This document shows positions 8,500 to 17,729 of a DNA stretch of 64,000 bases, one piece after another. A program made the position numbers and the translations under genes. The notes under the pieces are model-generated. The model did not search any database and had not been told where the DNA came from. It saw only the letters and a program-made list of their open reading frames with translations. Location of the stretch: contig JBAYKX010000019.1 in NCBI GenBank assembly GCA_041664345.1, positions 13,033 through 77,032 on the forward strand, in the 5' to 3' direction. Every line of letters starts with the position of its first letter. The stretch's first letter is position 1. Source of the stretch: Salinivirgaceae bacterium. GTDB taxonomy: Bacteria; Bacteroidota; Bacteroidia; Bacteroidales; SZUA-534.

Positions 8500-9192
8500 T
8501 TAAGGTTGCAACTCTTGATTTAAAAAGGTGTCCACTTGTAAAGAGTATGATTTATTGTAAAGAACCAACCGATACATTATCAGCCGGTATTGCTTTTTTT
8601 CCGATATAGCAGAGCGATTTGTTCCCACAATTGGAAATTGTCGGTAAAGTTTATTCTGTTCAAAAAAAATAGAATCATGCCCTTGGTATCCTTCTAAATA
8701 AACTAATTTTTCTTTGAAAGTGCCATCGTTTTCCGGATTGAAAATTGTTTTGTACGACTTTCCATCCATTGAGGCGATGCCTATTATTGATGCTTTAGCT
8801 CCTGAACCTACCGATCGGGTTATCAGGTATAGTTCTTCGTATCCATTTTCATCTAAATCGGATACCCAAAAAGTTTCCAATGGGGCAACTTTGCTATACG
8901 TCAGAATTTGAGTCGAATTTGAAAATCCGGTTCCCGAAACATAAATATCTGACATGCTTTGACCATATTTTATTTCTTTAATGATGAATGCCTGATTAAA
9001 GTTGATAGTAACTTTAGTGGATTTTATTTCATTATAATCGGCTTTTTGCGAAGGGGAAGGTTTTTTTTTAAATTTTTGACAAGCCAAAACAATACTTACA
9101 AATCCAATGGTTATGATTATCCTAAAAGCGAATGAATAGTTAGTGAAAGATATTTTCATGCCTAAATGTACAACGCAAAGCTGTAATTTCAA
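8500..9192 (-). CDS. Hypothetical lipoprotein
   Basis: The probable start MKISFTNYSFAFRIIITIGFVSIVLAC (about 9159) has a lipobox. Confidence 0.5.
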   Translation of the reverse strand: MKLQLCVVHLGMKISFTNYSFAFRIIITIGFVSIVLACQKFKKKPSPSQKADYNEIKSTKVTINFNQAFIIKEIKYGQSMSDIYVSGTGFSNSTQILTYSKVAPLETFWVSDLDENGYEELYLITRSVGSGAKASIIGIASMDGKSYKTIFNPENDGTFKEKLVYLEGYQGHDSIFFEQNKLYRQFPIVGTNRSAISEKKQYRLIMYRLVLYNKSYSLQVDTFLNQELQP

Positions 9193-9232
9193 ATAGGTTT
9201 CAACAAATAATCTATTGCAATTATTTTATAAA

Positions 9233-9240
9233 TATCTTTG
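9233..9240 (+). promoter_or_regulatory. Candidate -7 promoter box (TATCTTTG)
   Basis: Matches TAnnTTTG, 23 nt upstream of the helicase ATG. Confidence 0.45.
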
Positions 9241-9262
9241 AAGCTTTATTTAAAGGATACTT

Positions 9263-10513
9263 ATGAAATTCGAAGATTATTATATTTCGCAGGAACTTAA
9301 GAAAAACCTGGCCAAATTGGGTTTTGTAAAGCCTACCGACATTCAATTTAAATCAATTCCACCCATTTTAAAAGGCGAAGATGTGCTGGCCATTGCCCAA
9401 ACAGGCACCGGTAAAACGGCGGCTTTTGCTATTCCGGTAATTGATATCATCCACAGGGGCAAAATGAAGCAGCGCCACGATGGAATCAGATGTCTGGTAA
9501 TGGTTCCAACCCGGGAGTTGGCACAACAAATAACCGAGGTGTTTGACAAATTGAGCCGTCATACCAAGGTAAAAGCGTATGGAATTTATGGTGGTGTTGA
9601 GCAAGATGCACAGATTGACCATTTAGAGGAAGGTTTTGATATATTGATTTCAACCCCCGGTCGCATGTTCGACTTAATAAGCCAAGGCCATTTATTGGTT
9701 GACCGAATTGAAATATTGATTCTGGACGAGGCCGACCACATGCTCGATTTAGGCTTTATTAAAGACATTCAGGATATTAAAAGGAAATTGAACAGGAAAC
9801 ACCAAACCTTGTTTTTTTCAGCAACTATTAACGATGTTATTAAGAAATTGGCCTATTCATTGGTCGAAAACCCTATCCGTATTCAGGTTTCGCCCAAAGA
9901 TCCGGTATCGAAAAACATTGAACATTCCGTGGTTTTTATTGAGATGGACGATAAGCGGTTCTTTTTGGAACGGATGATAAAAGAAAACCCATTCAGCAAA
10001 ATAATGATTTTTGTTAGGACTAAAGTACGTGCTGAACGAGTAAAATTGGCTATGGAACGGGTTGGTATTGAAACCATAACTATACATGGAGATAAGGATC
10101 AGAACGACCGGTTTGGTGTGATGAAACGGTTTAAAACCGGTGATGTAAAAGTTCTGATTGCCACCGATGTAAGCTCACGTGGCATTGATATTCCGAATGT
10201 TGACTTTGTGGTGAATTACGATTTACCCGATGTATCGGAGAATTATGTGCACCGGGTAGGCCGCACAGGACGAGGAATGGCAAAAGGATTGGCCGTTTCA
10301 TTTTGCAGCAAAGAGGAAAAGCCTATTTTGGATGAAATTCAGGGTTTTTTAGGAAGCAACATTGCCGTATTGGAAATGAGCAAAACCGAATACAAAGACA
10401 TTCTGGAAGTAATGCAGGAAAGTGAAAACGAGACCGATTGGAAATCGCTTATCCGCGAAAATGAAGAATTTGAGGCAAAGCGCAAAAAATCAGGTGCCAA
10501 GAAGAAGAAATAG
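9263..10513 (+). CDS. DEAD-box ATP-dependent RNA helicase
   Basis: Motifs present: AQTGTGKT (I), PTRELA (Ia), DEAD (II), SAT (III), HRVGRTGRG (VI), and a Lys-rich tail. Confidence 0.95.
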   Translation: MKFEDYYISQELKKNLAKLGFVKPTDIQFKSIPPILKGEDVLAIAQTGTGKTAAFAIPVIDIIHRGKMKQRHDGIRCLVMVPTRELAQQITEVFDKLSRHTKVKAYGIYGGVEQDAQIDHLEEGFDILISTPGRMFDLISQGHLLVDRIEILILDEADHMLDLGFIKDIQDIKRKLNRKHQTLFFSATINDVIKKLAYSLVENPIRIQVSPKDPVSKNIEHSVVFIEMDDKRFFLERMIKENPFSKIMIFVRTKVRAERVKLAMERVGIETITIHGDKDQNDRFGVMKRFKTGDVKVLIATDVSSRGIDIPNVDFVVNYDLPDVSENYVHRVGRTGRGMAKGLAVSFCSKEEKPILDEIQGFLGSNIAVLEMSKTEYKDILEVMQESENETDWKSLIRENEEFEAKRKKSGAKKKK

Positions 10514-10613
10514 TGGGAGTTGGAAGTGGGAAGAATTGCGGATTTTGGATTTGAGAATGCGGATTAATCGGGTCGGTAATCCGAAATCAACCTTCCGAAA
10601 TCCTAAATTATAA

Positions 10614-10643
10614 GACCAGCAACCAGTAACCAGAAACCAGCAA
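10614..10643. repeat. Tandem heptamer repeat (AACCAGN x4)
   Basis: The sequence is gaccagc aaccagt aaccaga aaccagc. The 12-mer taaccagaaacc recurs on the other side of selU at about 11790. Confidence 0.7.
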
Positions 10644-10695
10644 TTAGGAGATTACTGAAGTCAAAAGATTTAATTCAGATTATATTAAAAACAAC

Positions 10696-11715
10696 ATGCC
10701 AACCCCAATTACCTCACAACAATTGATTACTCTTCAGCCTGAACTTTCTGTTATTGACGTGCGGTCACCCGGTGAATTTGAGTTGGGGCATATTCCTGGA
10801 GCATACAACATGCCACTTTTCGATAATCAGGAACGGGCCCAAGTGGGAACCCGCTACAAAAACTCGGGAAGGGAATTTGCCATTGAACTGGGATTGGAAT
10901 ATGTGGGGCCCAAAATGGCCGGGTTTGTGAAATTTGCTAAAAAACTGGCTAAAAATAAAAAACTAATCTTGCATTGTTGGCGGGGCGGCATGCGGTCGGC
11001 CAGTGTTGCTTGGTTGCTGGAAACAGCCGGTTACGAAGTTTTTCTGTTGCAAGGAGGATATAAAGAGTACCGTCGGTTCAATCGTGAATCGTTTTCCAAA
11101 GCAACCCAATTGTTGGTTTTAGGCGGATACACCGGCAGCGGCAAAACCGAAATTTTAAATGAACTTCAGAAGCTCGGTGAACAAGTGATTGACCTTGAGG
11201 GAATTGCTCATCACAAAGGTTCTGCATTTGGATCCATTGGCCAGGAATTGCAGCCTACAAACGAACAGTTTGAAAACAACTTGGCTCATGAATGGCACAA
11301 ATTGGATATGAACCGGCGCATCTGGATTGAAGATGAAAGTGTGACCATGGGTAGCAACGGCGTTCCCGATACTTTGTTTGCTCTAATGCGCACCGCAAAA
11401 GTACTCCGAATTGATATTCCCCGTGAAGTTAGAGCCAAACGGCTGGTGAAAGAATATGCCTGCTTTGAACCTGCTTTGTTGGAAACATCCATACTACGCA
11501 TTCAATCGAAATTGGGTGGAATGGTTACCAAACAGGCTTTGGAGTCTTTGTATTTGGGCGACTATGAAAAAGTAGCTCTAATTACACTGGTTTATTATGA
11601 CAAAGCCTATTTGAATGGATTGGAAAAGCGTGACCCAAAAACCATTGAGAGCCTTTCCATTGATGATGATAATCCACCAAAAACGGCAATGCTTCTTAAG
11701 GATTTCCTAAAATAA
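10696..11715 (+). CDS. selU: tRNA 2-selenouridine synthase
   Basis: It has an N-terminal rhodanese domain with the CWRGGMRS active-site loop, followed by the P-loop GGYTGSGKT. This architecture is typical of SelU/MnmH. Confidence 0.9.
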   Translation: MPTPITSQQLITLQPELSVIDVRSPGEFELGHIPGAYNMPLFDNQERAQVGTRYKNSGREFAIELGLEYVGPKMAGFVKFAKKLAKNKKLILHCWRGGMRSASVAWLLETAGYEVFLLQGGYKEYRRFNRESFSKATQLLVLGGYTGSGKTEILNELQKLGEQVIDLEGIAHHKGSAFGSIGQELQPTNEQFENNLAHEWHKLDMNRRIWIEDESVTMGSNGVPDTLFALMRTAKVLRIDIPREVRAKRLVKEYACFEPALLETSILRIQSKLGGMVTKQALESLYLGDYEKVALITLVYYDKAYLNGLEKRDPKTIESLSIDDDNPPKTAMLLKDFLK

Positions 11716-12030
11716 CATCAGTTCAATATTAACAAATTTGTTAAAGAAAATTGTTTTTAAAACGGGAAGATGGGGAACTGGGAAACTGAATAACCAGAAA
11801 CCGGAAATTTCACCTAATTCATAATTAATTCCGTAATGAGCCCAACGGGCTCAAAGAATATAGCCCGGTGCATCGCACCGGGTAATGGTATACAATAGAA
11901 AACGCGGCGCAGATTGCCAGTAAAATTGGAATTACTTTTTTGTTTGCGCTGCCACAAAACCTTATGTTTTTAACGAAGATATGGATGTCCATTCTTCAGG
12001 AAAGTTTATACGATAACCATTCTTCTTTAT

Positions 12031-12276
12031 TTATTTATTGGAAGGGATGGGCTTTTCATCGCGGGTACCTCTCCTATAAATGATCAATCCGTTCAAAAAA
12101 TTTCGGAGCAACTGGTCGCCACAGGGTTTGTAGTTCGGATGATCTTCTTTGCGGAATACCGCTCCCAGTTCACTTTTTGAAATTTCAAAATCAACCAGTT
12201 TTAATATCTCAATAATGTCTTCATCGCGCAAATGAAGAGCCACCCGCAACTTTTTTAATATATCGTTATTCGTCAT
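12031..12276 (-). CDS. DUF1456 (YehS-like) protein, single repeat
   Basis: MTNNDILKKLRVAL...FRKEDHPNYKPCGDQLLRNFLNGLIIYRRG closely follows the YehS repeat pattern. Confidence 0.75.
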   Translation of the reverse strand: MTNNDILKKLRVALHLRDEDIIEILKLVDFEISKSELGAVFRKEDHPNYKPCGDQLLRNFLNGLIIYRRGTRDEKPIPSNK

Positions 12277-12348
12277 TTTTCTTCTTTTTATTGCTCCAAA
12301 ATTAACCTTAATTGCGTTAATTCCACAACTTATAGTTGATTTATAAAC

Positions 12349-13515
12349 TCATTTGGAACCAAGCCAGGTAAGCCTGTGCCAAATGGTTTCCAGCGGCCCT
12401 TGTGGGTGATTTTTCATCCACCAGGAGCTAAATATTCCTTGCAAAATGGCCAATGTTATTCCAATTAAAAGACAATGAGTGGCCCCGGTATATTGATACA
12501 AGCCCAATCCAAAACCATAATAAATAAAAGATCCGATGATGGATTGAATGATATAATTGGACAAACTCATGCGGCCAATGGAAGAAAATACCTTTAAAAT
12601 ACGATGAAAAAATTGGGTTTGAAACAGCAACACAAAACCCGAAACCAGCATCATCATAAATGCCATATTCGACCACGAAGTTTCAATGGTGGTTAATGGA
12701 CGACGGATGGCTTCACTCTCAATTAAACCACCAAGCTTAATTTTGAGTATATAGAGTGGAATAAAGCATATCACCGAAATCAGAAGTGCCTTTTTCCAGA
12801 ATTGTTTATTGTCATCAGTTATTGCAAAAAGCGATTTCCGGCCTGCCAACATGCCAAACATAAACAGCGATAAGGTTTGGAAAACCCGCACATTTTCCCA
12901 GTTCCAGATAAAAACGGCTATCCGGCCATTGGTTAGATTCCCAATCCACGTATTTACCAACGAATTGCCGGTTATGTACTCTCCCATTTTACCAAAGTAC
13001 GACCATGAAACCGGATCAACCATTTTTAGTTCCGGGTTTTGCACTCCAATAATGAAATTCACCCATTCAAATGGCTGAAGCATCAAAACAACGGCAATCC
13101 AAAAAACTGTTTTGGTGCTTAGTTTGGCAACCGGAATCAGGCCAAAACCTATAATGGCATAAATGGTAAGGATATCGCCCTGATAGAAAGCGGAATTGAT
13201 AATACCGAAGACCAATAAAAGCGTCAACCTCCATGCAAATCTTGCTCTAAAATCATTCCCTTTTTTTGCTTGGTTATCCGATTGAATAAAAAAGGTCAAC
13301 CCAAAAAGCAGTGCGAATATGGCATACGACTTACCACCAAACAGAAAAAACAAGCTGTCCCAAATAATTTTATCCAACCCTTGCATCCAAACCGGAAGAT
13401 TGGCAGGTTGGTAGTAAAAATCGAAATGTTCAATGTTATGCAGCAACATAATGGAAACAATGGCAAAGCCTCGCAAAGCATCAACAACATGAAGGCGGGA
13501 GGAAACTGAATTCAT
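12349..13515 (-). CDS. DUF418/YeiB-like polytopic membrane protein
   Basis: It has the N-terminal RL..VDALRGFAI motif, about 10 TM segments and a C-terminal GPLE..WR..TW motif. Confidence 0.7.
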   Translation of the reverse strand: MNSVSSRLHVVDALRGFAIVSIMLLHNIEHFDFYYQPANLPVWMQGLDKIIWDSLFFLFGGKSYAIFALLFGLTFFIQSDNQAKKGNDFRARFAWRLTLLLVFGIINSAFYQGDILTIYAIIGFGLIPVAKLSTKTVFWIAVVLMLQPFEWVNFIIGVQNPELKMVDPVSWSYFGKMGEYITGNSLVNTWIGNLTNGRIAVFIWNWENVRVFQTLSLFMFGMLAGRKSLFAITDDNKQFWKKALLISVICFIPLYILKIKLGGLIESEAIRRPLTTIETSWSNMAFMMMLVSGFVLLFQTQFFHRILKVFSSIGRMSLSNYIIQSIIGSFIYYGFGLGLYQYTGATHCLLIGITLAILQGIFSSWWMKNHPQGPLETIWHRLTWLGSK

Positions 13516-13555
13516 AGATTATCAATTATTAATTATTGAACTGAATAGTTTTAAT

Positions 13556-14740
13556 TTATTTCTTTTTGTTTTTATCAACTTTCATTATCCATTGAATGGC
13601 TGTTGGAAATCGCTTAGCCCAAGCCGCTTCGTTATGAGTAGCTTCGGGGAAAGATTGCCAATAGTATTCGGTATCTTTTTTGAATCCTTTAGTATTCAAT
13701 GCATTCAGCATCTCGTCAATTCCGGGTTGCAGGTAAGTTTCCAAATCACGGCCACCGTTATCGATATAAAAATACAGATCTTTCTTTTTTGCGTTATAGG
13801 TTTCCACTGTTTTCACATAATCGATTCGTTCAATTTTAAATGCAGGCGACATACAGATAGCTTTGGAAAATACCTCAGGGTATTCCCAGCAAAGCATAAA
13901 GGAAATGATTCCGCCGGCCGATGAACCACCTACAAAAGTATGTTCCCTGTTAGTTAAGGTGCGATAGGTGCTATCAATAATAGGCTTAATGGTTTGGATT
14001 ACCAGTTTCATATAGCGCTGAGCCGTATCATTGGGGATGTATTCGTGCATCCGTTGAGGTGTACTATAAATTCCGACTATAATCAGTGGCTCAATCAATT
14101 GGTGATGGATAAGGCTATCACAGGTTTCGTCAATCTGCCAATCAACTCCAAAGGCACTGGTAGCCGGGTCAAAAATATTCTGTCCATCTTGCATATACAA
14201 AACTGGGTATTTTTTATTCCCTGAATTTTCATAACCGGGCGGCAACCAAACAATCACATCACGGGGTTCCAAATCAAAACCAACCATTTGGTGGTGATAT
14301 GTAACGGTTCCGGTAATTTGTCCTTTTATAATTTTTTTGCCAGGCGAAGTCCAATTGGCAACCGTATCTGTAATTATGCAGTTTTCATGAATTTTTGCCG
14401 AAAAATTAGGTAAAGATAATCCATCGTTGTCAGCCCCTTCCAATTCCCAACTTCCGCGGGTGTATTTATATTCAACGGACAGGGTGTTGTCCAATTCCAT
14501 AGAATAGGTCCATACATGGTTACCAATATTTTTCATGGGAACCCTTCCCGGGTTCCAGTTCCCAAGCAAAGGCAAGTTTCCGGTAATAAAAACCGAACTA
14601 TCATCTGGCAATTGGGGCGAAACCAATCGGAATTACACCGTAATTTTTTGACTAAATGCACCCTCCGAAAATGCGCTAATAAGGGTTAACCCCAATATAA
14701 TTGGAACAATTGAAGATAAATAGCTTAAAATATTTTTCAT
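13556..14740 (-). pseudogene. CBM20-like + esterase (PF00756-like) gene with an in-frame TAA between signal peptide and mature domain
   Basis: The track ORF (13556..14626, TTG-initiated) carries GNLPLLGNWNP (CBM20-like) and the GGSSAGG nucleophile elbow. In the same frame upstream lies MKNILSYLSSIVPIILGLTLISAFSEGAFSQKITV, then TAA (14633..14635), then FRLVSPQ.... Confidence 0.75.
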
Positions 14741-14880
14741 ATAGATATTTAGTTCAATATTCTTTTTTCAAGCTCATTTAATTGAGAATTCATGTTTAGT
14801 TTCCAACCTTAAAAATAGTGCTTTAAAGATATAATTAATTCATAAACATAATATAAAATGAATTTATCAGCAATCGTAAT

Positions 14881-14909
14881 GCATAAAAAAGCCTCAATTT
14901 TTGAGGCTT
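14881..14909 (-). terminator. Intrinsic terminator
   Basis: The stem is aagcctcaa/ttgaggctt, followed on the minus strand by TTTTTT. It lies downstream of the 14956..15498 gene. Confidence 0.7.
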
Positions 14910-14955
14910 GAGGGGAAAATATTTTAAAATGGATAGTTTACAATATCAAATAGGC

Positions 14956-15498
14956 CTATTCCCAAGGATAATAATTGCGGGTAACGCAAAACTCACCGAT
15001 AATTACATTAGTTAGGTCAACTGTACCTTGTAAAACCTCACCATCGCCAATATATGGTTCAACAATCTTGATTATCCAGGCTTTCTTTTCCAAGTTGGCG
15101 ATAGTGAAATTCAGATCGAAAACGCAAAGACAGTTGCATAATGAAGCGGTTTCTGCCTCGGTTATTATAATGGTATCACCAATAAAACTAAAATTAGAGG
15201 TAATGCTATCGGGACAGCAATTGAATGCAGCGTTTTTATGGGTTAAGGTCAGCATTTTTGTATCGGCCTGATAGGAATAAGAAATACAATCTTGGCTTTT
15301 ATCTTCACTTATTGAACCCGATTTTTCGTTTTTGCATTCGGAATGCAAAACATAGTTGGGTTCTGGGGAACCGATTGGTGTGGGTTCTTGTTTGTCATCG
15401 CAGCTTGCGACAATGAGTAGAGCCAGAATTAGGTTAAATAACGAAAGTTTTGTTTTCATAGCTTTGAATATTTTGTAACTAAATTTAGAACTAATCAA
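14956..15498 (-). CDS. Hypothetical Cys-rich lipoprotein
   Basis: The probable start is MKTKLSLFNLILALLIVASC (about 15459). I recognise no family. Confidence 0.5.
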   Translation of the reverse strand: MISSKFSYKIFKAMKTKLSLFNLILALLIVASCDDKQEPTPIGSPEPNYVLHSECKNEKSGSISEDKSQDCISYSYQADTKMLTLTHKNAAFNCCPDSITSNFSFIGDTIIITEAETASLCNCLCVFDLNFTIANLEKKAWIIKIVEPYIGDGEVLQGTVDLTNVIIGEFCVTRNYYPWE

Positions 15499-15892
15499 AT
15501 TTGAATCCTATATTTTGCTTAAGAAATTCTCTGAAATTCTTAACAATCTCGATAGCTTCATTTCTATCGTCCTTTGACAAATCTATTTTGACATCAGGAT
15601 ACCTGATTTCTACACCAAAAGCATTTAGTTTCATTATCTTTTCGAATAATTCGCTTCCAATAGGAATGGCATCATTCAGTAGGTCAAGCAGGTATCTTTA
15701 ATCGTGACTTTTTCTGAATGGGATTGAGTTTTTTTCTAACAAGCATTTTAAATATTTTTCTGTTGCCTGTTGACAATGAAATGCAAGTGTGTCAGAATAT
15801 TCAGGAATATGAATATTTATGATAACCGCTGTACCTAAATCATGGTCAGCCTTTTCAATCCAATCCCTAAGTCTTTCTTCATTTGCGCTCAT
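15491..15892 (-). pseudogene. HEPN-domain toxin gene interrupted by one in-frame TAA
   Basis: The 64-aa track ORF ends ...IPFRKSHD then TAA (15698..15700). The same frame continues for 68 codons: RYLLDLLNDAIPIGSELFEKIMKLNAFGVEIRYPD...FKFD*, which is a normal HEPN C-terminal half. The uninterrupted length would be 133 aa. Confidence 0.8.
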
Positions 15893-16196
15893 ACATCAAT
15901 TTTGCACCTTGTATCGCTGAACTAACAAATGAAAAACGCTTTCCTTTTTCTTTTTCAAATTCGTCTTTTGTATAAACTACAATATCCACTGGTAATTTTG
16001 AACCTATCAGCAGTCTTTGAATTTCAATACTGCGTTTGAATTTAGGTTCACTGGTTTCCTTAATAATAAGTAAATCAACATCGCTATCTTCATTTGCTTG
16101 ACCGGATGCATAGGAACCAAATAAAAATATTTTATCAGGATTTACATTTATAGCAATCCTATATACAATGTTTAAAATTGTTTTTTCGCTAATCAC
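15879..16196 (-). CDS. Minimal nucleotidyltransferase (MNT) antitoxin-type protein
   Basis: It has the GSYASGQANEDSDVDLLI motif (GS-x9-10-DxD). Its 14-nt overlap with the HEPN start matches the classic MNT/HEPN pair layout. Confidence 0.85.
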   Translation of the reverse strand: MISEKTILNIVYRIAINVNPDKIFLFGSYASGQANEDSDVDLLIIKETSEPKFKRSIEIQRLLIGSKLPVDIVVYTKDEFEKEKGKRFSFVSSAIQGAKLMYERK

Positions 16197-16259
16197 CTTA
16201 TTTAGTTTATATTGGATAAAGATAGTTCATTTTAAAGCATTCCAACAATGTTGGCAGTA

Positions 16260-17693
16260 TTACAACATATCACTGGCCAACTCAGCCAAGGTACTCCGTT
16301 CGCCTTTTACTAAGTTTACATGGGCAAATAATTCCTGTCCTTTCATACGGTCGGTCATATAGCTCAAACCGTTGGAAGTGGTATCCAAATAAGGGGAATC
16401 AATTTGATGGATATCGCCGGTAAAAACAATTTTGGTTCCTTCGCCAGCACGGGTTATGATGGTTTTAATTTCGTGCGGAGTCAGGTTTTGTGCTTCATCC
16501 ACAATAAAAAACACATTGGAAATACTTCTTCCACGGATGTATGCCAACGGAGTTATCAGCAGTTTTTCGTCTTTCAGCATTTCTTCAATGCGCATCACTT
16601 CTTTGCTACTGGCGTTAAATTGATGCTTTATAACTCCCAGATTATCGAACAGAGGCAACATATACGGACCAATTTTCTCGTTCACATCACCGGGCAAGAA
16701 TCCCAAGTCGCGGTTAGCCAAGGCAACAATAGGACGGGCCAAAAAAATGGTATCGTACATGTGTTGTTGCTGCAACGCAGCGGCTAAAGCCAATAAAGTT
16801 TTTCCGGTACCGGCTTTGCCGGTAAGCGAAATAAGCGATATTTCCGGGCGCATCAAGGCATCTAATGAAAAGGCTTGTTCTGCATTACGCGGCTCGATGC
16901 CATATATTCGCTTCTTTTCAACCCTGTTTACCATTTTCTGGATTGGGTCGTAATGGGCAAGAGCGCTTTTTCCATTTCCTTTCAGAATAACATATTCATG
17001 AGCCGAAAGCTTTCTTTTCAGTTTGAATTCCGTTTCAGGCATTCCTTCAAACTCCTGATAAAAACGGTTTATTGTTTCTACATCCAAATTATCAAAGGTT
17101 TCAATCCCTTTGTGTATTTCTTCAATATTCTGAACTTTATCGGTGGTATAATCTTCGGCCAGAATACCTAGCGATTTGGCCTTCACCCTCAAGTTGATAT
17201 CTTTGGTAACCAGAATAACTTTACGTTTGGTATATTTATTTTTATAAAATTCAGCGATGGCCAAAATCCGGTGATCGGCTGTTTGCTCAATAAATGATTC
17301 CTGAATTTCTTTTGAAAAGGGTTTTCCAGTTTCAAGAATTAATTTTCCTCTTCCTTTTCCCAATTCAATACCATCAACCAAAAAATCGGAACCAATCAAT
17401 TCATCCAACTCACGGGTAAATTCCCTGGCATTGAAATTAATCTGGTCGTTTCCTTTCTTAAAACGATCCAGCTCTTCCAATACGATGATGGGAATAACAA
17501 TGTCATTATCCTGGAAATGATAAATACAGCTATAATCGTGAAGTAACACGTTGGTATCGAGCACAAATAGTTTTGCTGTTGACTTTTTCATATAATTAGG
17601 TTTTATAAGTAAGCTATACAAAACTAAAGGTAGTAAAAAACACAAGCTCATATTGAATCTTACGATTATATTTTCATCAATTTTTAAATGCAT
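16260..17693 (-). CDS. PIN domain + PhoH-like ATPase (YlaK-like)
   Basis: It has a PIN N-terminus (LFVLDTNVLLHD), the Walker A GKAGTGKT and the Walker B FIVDEAQN. The likely true start is MKKSTAKLF (about 17591). Confidence 0.9.
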   Translation of the reverse strand: MHLKIDENIIVRFNMSLCFLLPLVLYSLLIKPNYMKKSTAKLFVLDTNVLLHDYSCIYHFQDNDIVIPIIVLEELDRFKKGNDQINFNAREFTRELDELIGSDFLVDGIELGKGRGKLILETGKPFSKEIQESFIEQTADHRILAIAEFYKNKYTKRKVILVTKDINLRVKAKSLGILAEDYTTDKVQNIEEIHKGIETFDNLDVETINRFYQEFEGMPETEFKLKRKLSAHEYVILKGNGKSALAHYDPIQKMVNRVEKKRIYGIEPRNAEQAFSLDALMRPEISLISLTGKAGTGKTLLALAAALQQQHMYDTIFLARPIVALANRDLGFLPGDVNEKIGPYMLPLFDNLGVIKHQFNASSKEVMRIEEMLKDEKLLITPLAYIRGRSISNVFFIVDEAQNLTPHEIKTIITRAGEGTKIVFTGDIHQIDSPYLDTTSNGLSYMTDRMKGQELFAHVNLVKGERSTLAELASDML

Positions 17694-17729
17694 CTATGAA
17701 TAGATTTCCAATTTATTACATTTGTTTAA

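Noticed and set aside
11826-11960. A possible third, diverged copy of the ~185-nt structured element (gagcccaacgggctc ... agcccggtgcatcgcaccgggtaatgg ... aacgcggcgcag).
   Set aside because: It shares only the general hairpin order and a few short words with the two clear copies. The terminal ggaaatcgctttt repeats and the cggcgca/tgcgccg helix are not recoverable. The similarity is too weak to call without a covariance model.
13556-15892. Stop-codon reassignment (TAA read as sense) as the explanation for the two in-frame TAAs.
   Set aside because: Many genes in the window terminate at TAA exactly where homologous proteins are expected to end, for example lysA and the Trx-TrxR fusion. TAA is therefore clearly a functional stop here.
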